Shown one piece after another: positions 61,121 through 64,000 of a stretch of 64,000 nucleotides of DNA. Position 1 is the stretch's first letter. Every line of letters begins with the position of its first letter. The notes beneath the pieces were generated by a model. That model worked only from the letters and a program-made list of their open reading frames with translations. It did no database searches and was not told the origin of the DNA. A program made the translations under genes and the position numbers. Source of the DNA: Lingula anatina (taxonomy: Eukaryota; Animalia; Brachiopoda); the NCBI GenBank assembly GCA_051362555.1, contig CM120640.1, positions 45,548,788 to 45,612,787 of the forward strand, written 5' to 3'.

Positions 61121-61837
61121 ATGGCGTTCCATGGTCGACTGGATAGTAGCACTAACAGAGTGTTTCAGGAGATATTTGCCCAAAGATACCAAACCAAAGA
61201 GGTAGAAGCGGCCTATCTGAAGGCTGCCGAGACTGGAGACTTGCTGTCAGTTATAAGCTTTGTTGTGGACAGCAATGTCAATATCAACTGCGTCGACTTT
61301 ATCGGCAGGAGCGCGTTGGAACTAGCCGTTGAAAACCACCATTTAGCAATAATTCAATATTTGTTTCCAAAATGCAGTCTAGAGTGTGCCGAGAATGCTC
61401 TCCTTCTTGCGGTAGACTCGGGCAACGTTCAGATCAGCGAAATACTTTTAGAACATCCCTCATTCAAACACACAAAAGTTCACGTGGAGAGCGGTCCTGG
61501 CGAAGGAATATACCGAAAAACGGCTGAAAACTACCGGTTCGCACCGGAAGTGACTCCAATCATCCTGGCTGCCCTCAAGAATGATTATTACATAACGCAG
61601 CTTCTTTTATCGCGGGAGTTTAGAATTACGACTCCCCATGTATATTTCTGCGAGTGTACCTCGTGTAGCAACATGCGACGGTTTGACTCGGTGAAGTACT
61701 CCCGCTCACGCCTCAACACGTACAAAGCTCTGGCCAGTCCTGCCTATTTAACTCTGTCTGGGGACGACCCTATATTTGAAGCATTTCAATTAAGCCATGA
61801 ACTGGAACACTTAGCAAGCGTGGAAAATGAATACAAG
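61121..61837 (+). CDS. TRPC: TRPC/Trp-family cation channel, N-terminal coding exon (ankyrin repeats + TRP_2); gene continues beyond window
   Basis: YLKAAETGD, NINCVDFIGRSALELAVEN, ALLLAVD, EVTPIILAA, PHVYFCECTSC, SRSRLNTYKALASPAYL, DPIFEAFQLS..L..LA..ENEYK followed by a GT donor at 61838. Confidence 0.93.
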
Positions 61838-64000
61838 GTTTGTATTGAATGATTGTAGAATGAGAGCCTTGATTGTTATCCTGAGCCCATCAGCGTTATT
61901 TTATTTTGTACTTGTACCCAAAAAAACCTCGAGACCTACGGGGACTTCATTGCTTATCGTAAACATCTCCCCGAGAACTACATCCCATTTGTCACGATTC
62001 CGCCCACTATCTCCTTTCTCTTCTTTACCACCATTCTTAGCTTACATAATTTTTGTATTCTATGTCAGACTATCCAAGCCCACGTTATCAGTTAATCTCC
62101 TAGTATCATTGTATGAAATATGAAGCTTGTTTCCAATGTCATTTACAGAGGGACATATTCACATTACCCTTGGTGCAGGTGCAAGGCAAAGGGAGCCGTG
62201 TTCAAGTCGTCGAAAATGTTTTTGGAAATACTTAAGTTCAACATGCAGAATTGTTAATTCTACAGATTTCTTAAAAATAATAATAAAAAAAAAAATCAGG
62301 CAACAGACGTTTAAACGTAAATTTACCCTTTCATTATTTAAGATTGAATAATTGTGAAATATTTTTAAGTGAATACATCAGAAAATCAGCAAGAAGCTAA
62401 ATTGACAAGATTATAAATTATAAATAGTGAAAACAATGTGTATATCTAATCGAAACATTTCTCTGAATGAAAAATATTTACGTTGCAGTTAAAACAATCA
62501 CCATTTTGAAAAAAAAATACAGTGCGAGACAGCCAAATGTAAATGGAAACTATATACGTTATGTAAGACAGGGTGGTGTTAAACAGGCAGGTATGTTTGT
62601 AATGTCATTTAAGTTACATATGGTTTGTTGTCTATTGTCGTCGGCTGTCGGAGACCAAACAAGGAGATATTCCCGTAGTGGTCACGAAAGCATATGTTGC
62701 TGTCTAGTGCCCCGTGCTTTCCCATATACATCTCTGTCAGTCATAGTTGGGCAGATTTTCAGTTGGCTGATCTGAAGTGTTGTTCTTCTGTCTAAACTTC
62801 TGTAGTTGTTATTAATAAATAATTCCCCTTCTGGTGTGATGGTTGTATTGAGGTAGCCATTTGGAACATTTTGCTTAATTTCATTCTGTACATGATTGTC
62901 AAATAAGAATGCAAACTTCTAACTATATCTATTACGTTGCACAACCGAAATGAAAGAGGTTTCTGTTGTTGCAAATCTTCTGGGGTTTTAAGTAGTCTGT
63001 AAAAATGGCGAAAATAAATGTACACACCAGAAATGAATGCCTGGGTTTGTAACATTACCCCTATATTAGGTTAAACACAGCTTGGTTTCTCTATGATTCT
63101 TATGTACTAAAAGATGTGAAGCAACTTGTAGTATCCAATTTTCAATGGTCACCAAGAAGTGTCAATTGTCACCAAGAAGTGAGAAAAAACAATGGACCTC
63201 TACGCAAGTAAGGATGAATTGCTGTTATCACCACTACCATTCAATAACGCTTACAATGGGACTGAGTGGAATATACACTGTACTTCCTATTATTTTACGA
63301 TATTGATAAAATGATCACTCTCAACTGCATTGCCTTGCATGAGTACCTCAGTGATAACGCTATGTTCTCGCATGTATGAATTTATTTGCAACCTATCGTT
63401 TCCGTTTCTTAGTACACACGAAGCGCAGCAATTCACCAGCAGATTCTGTCTCGATTACTCTAAAGTGCAACTGATATTTTTCCAACACTGACCGACAACT
63501 GATTCCATAGTAGATGCAGCTCAGTATAAAAATGTCGCTGTGTTGTTCGGTGTGATCGAGTCCTAAGAAAAAAATCTCGATCTCACAGGAAGCTAAAAAG
63601 CACACGGACTTTAAATGTTATTGTCTTTGTTTACGAAATTGATTATTCAACAGAATACTAGTAGTGTAGTGTGTTTAATATACCACACGTAACGAAAAAC
63701 ATACTTGAACAAGTACACAAATGGTACATGAAAATTCAGAATAGAATACTGTACATAAAAGTAGAAAAATGGTCGTATTGAATTCCCCGATCAATACTTG
63801 TACACGCAGCAAGTTAGTTGGTTTGTTGACATATAGGCAAACATTTTGGTGTATAGTTATGAAAGAAAAAAAGATAAATATGCCCTGAGAATAACAACAA
63901 AGATTAGTTTTACACGTAAATCACCGCACGCAGAGATGTTCTGCCAGCACGACCGACATCACTTAAGATATTAGTTTTTCCTTTTATTTTGTTTGCCGCC

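Overview
Eukaryotic (animal) genomic DNA. It is AT-rich with spliceosomal introns, frequent TACATGTA, homopolymer runs and MITEs, consistent with a marine invertebrate such as a lophotrochozoan (taxon is inference). Exons were reconstructed by hand with splice phases checked. Contents in order: (1) 66-5290 (-), two tandem stonustoxin/verrucotoxin-like MACPF/CDC pore-forming-toxin units, the upstream one with a signal peptide; they could also splice in phase into one two-domain chain. (2) 5729-6723 (+), a spliced 84-99 aa protein with four CxxC pairs, head-to-head with the toxin gene and absent from the ORF track. (3) Three disordered orphan proteins, each on one coding exon (491, 317, 366 aa); two share a C-terminal LDx6IxxWLxD motif. 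(4) A 10-exon DEG/ENaC subunit with HG changed to HI and a GWS filter. (5) A mariner relic, a possible decayed Harbinger remnant and a spliced THAP gene divergent from (6) a 5-exon CNNM Mg2+ transporter. (7) The first coding exon of a TRPC channel. Several MITEs, palindromes and microsatellites are present. No tRNA, rRNA or CRISPR array was seen. Family assignments rest on recalled motifs, not database searches.
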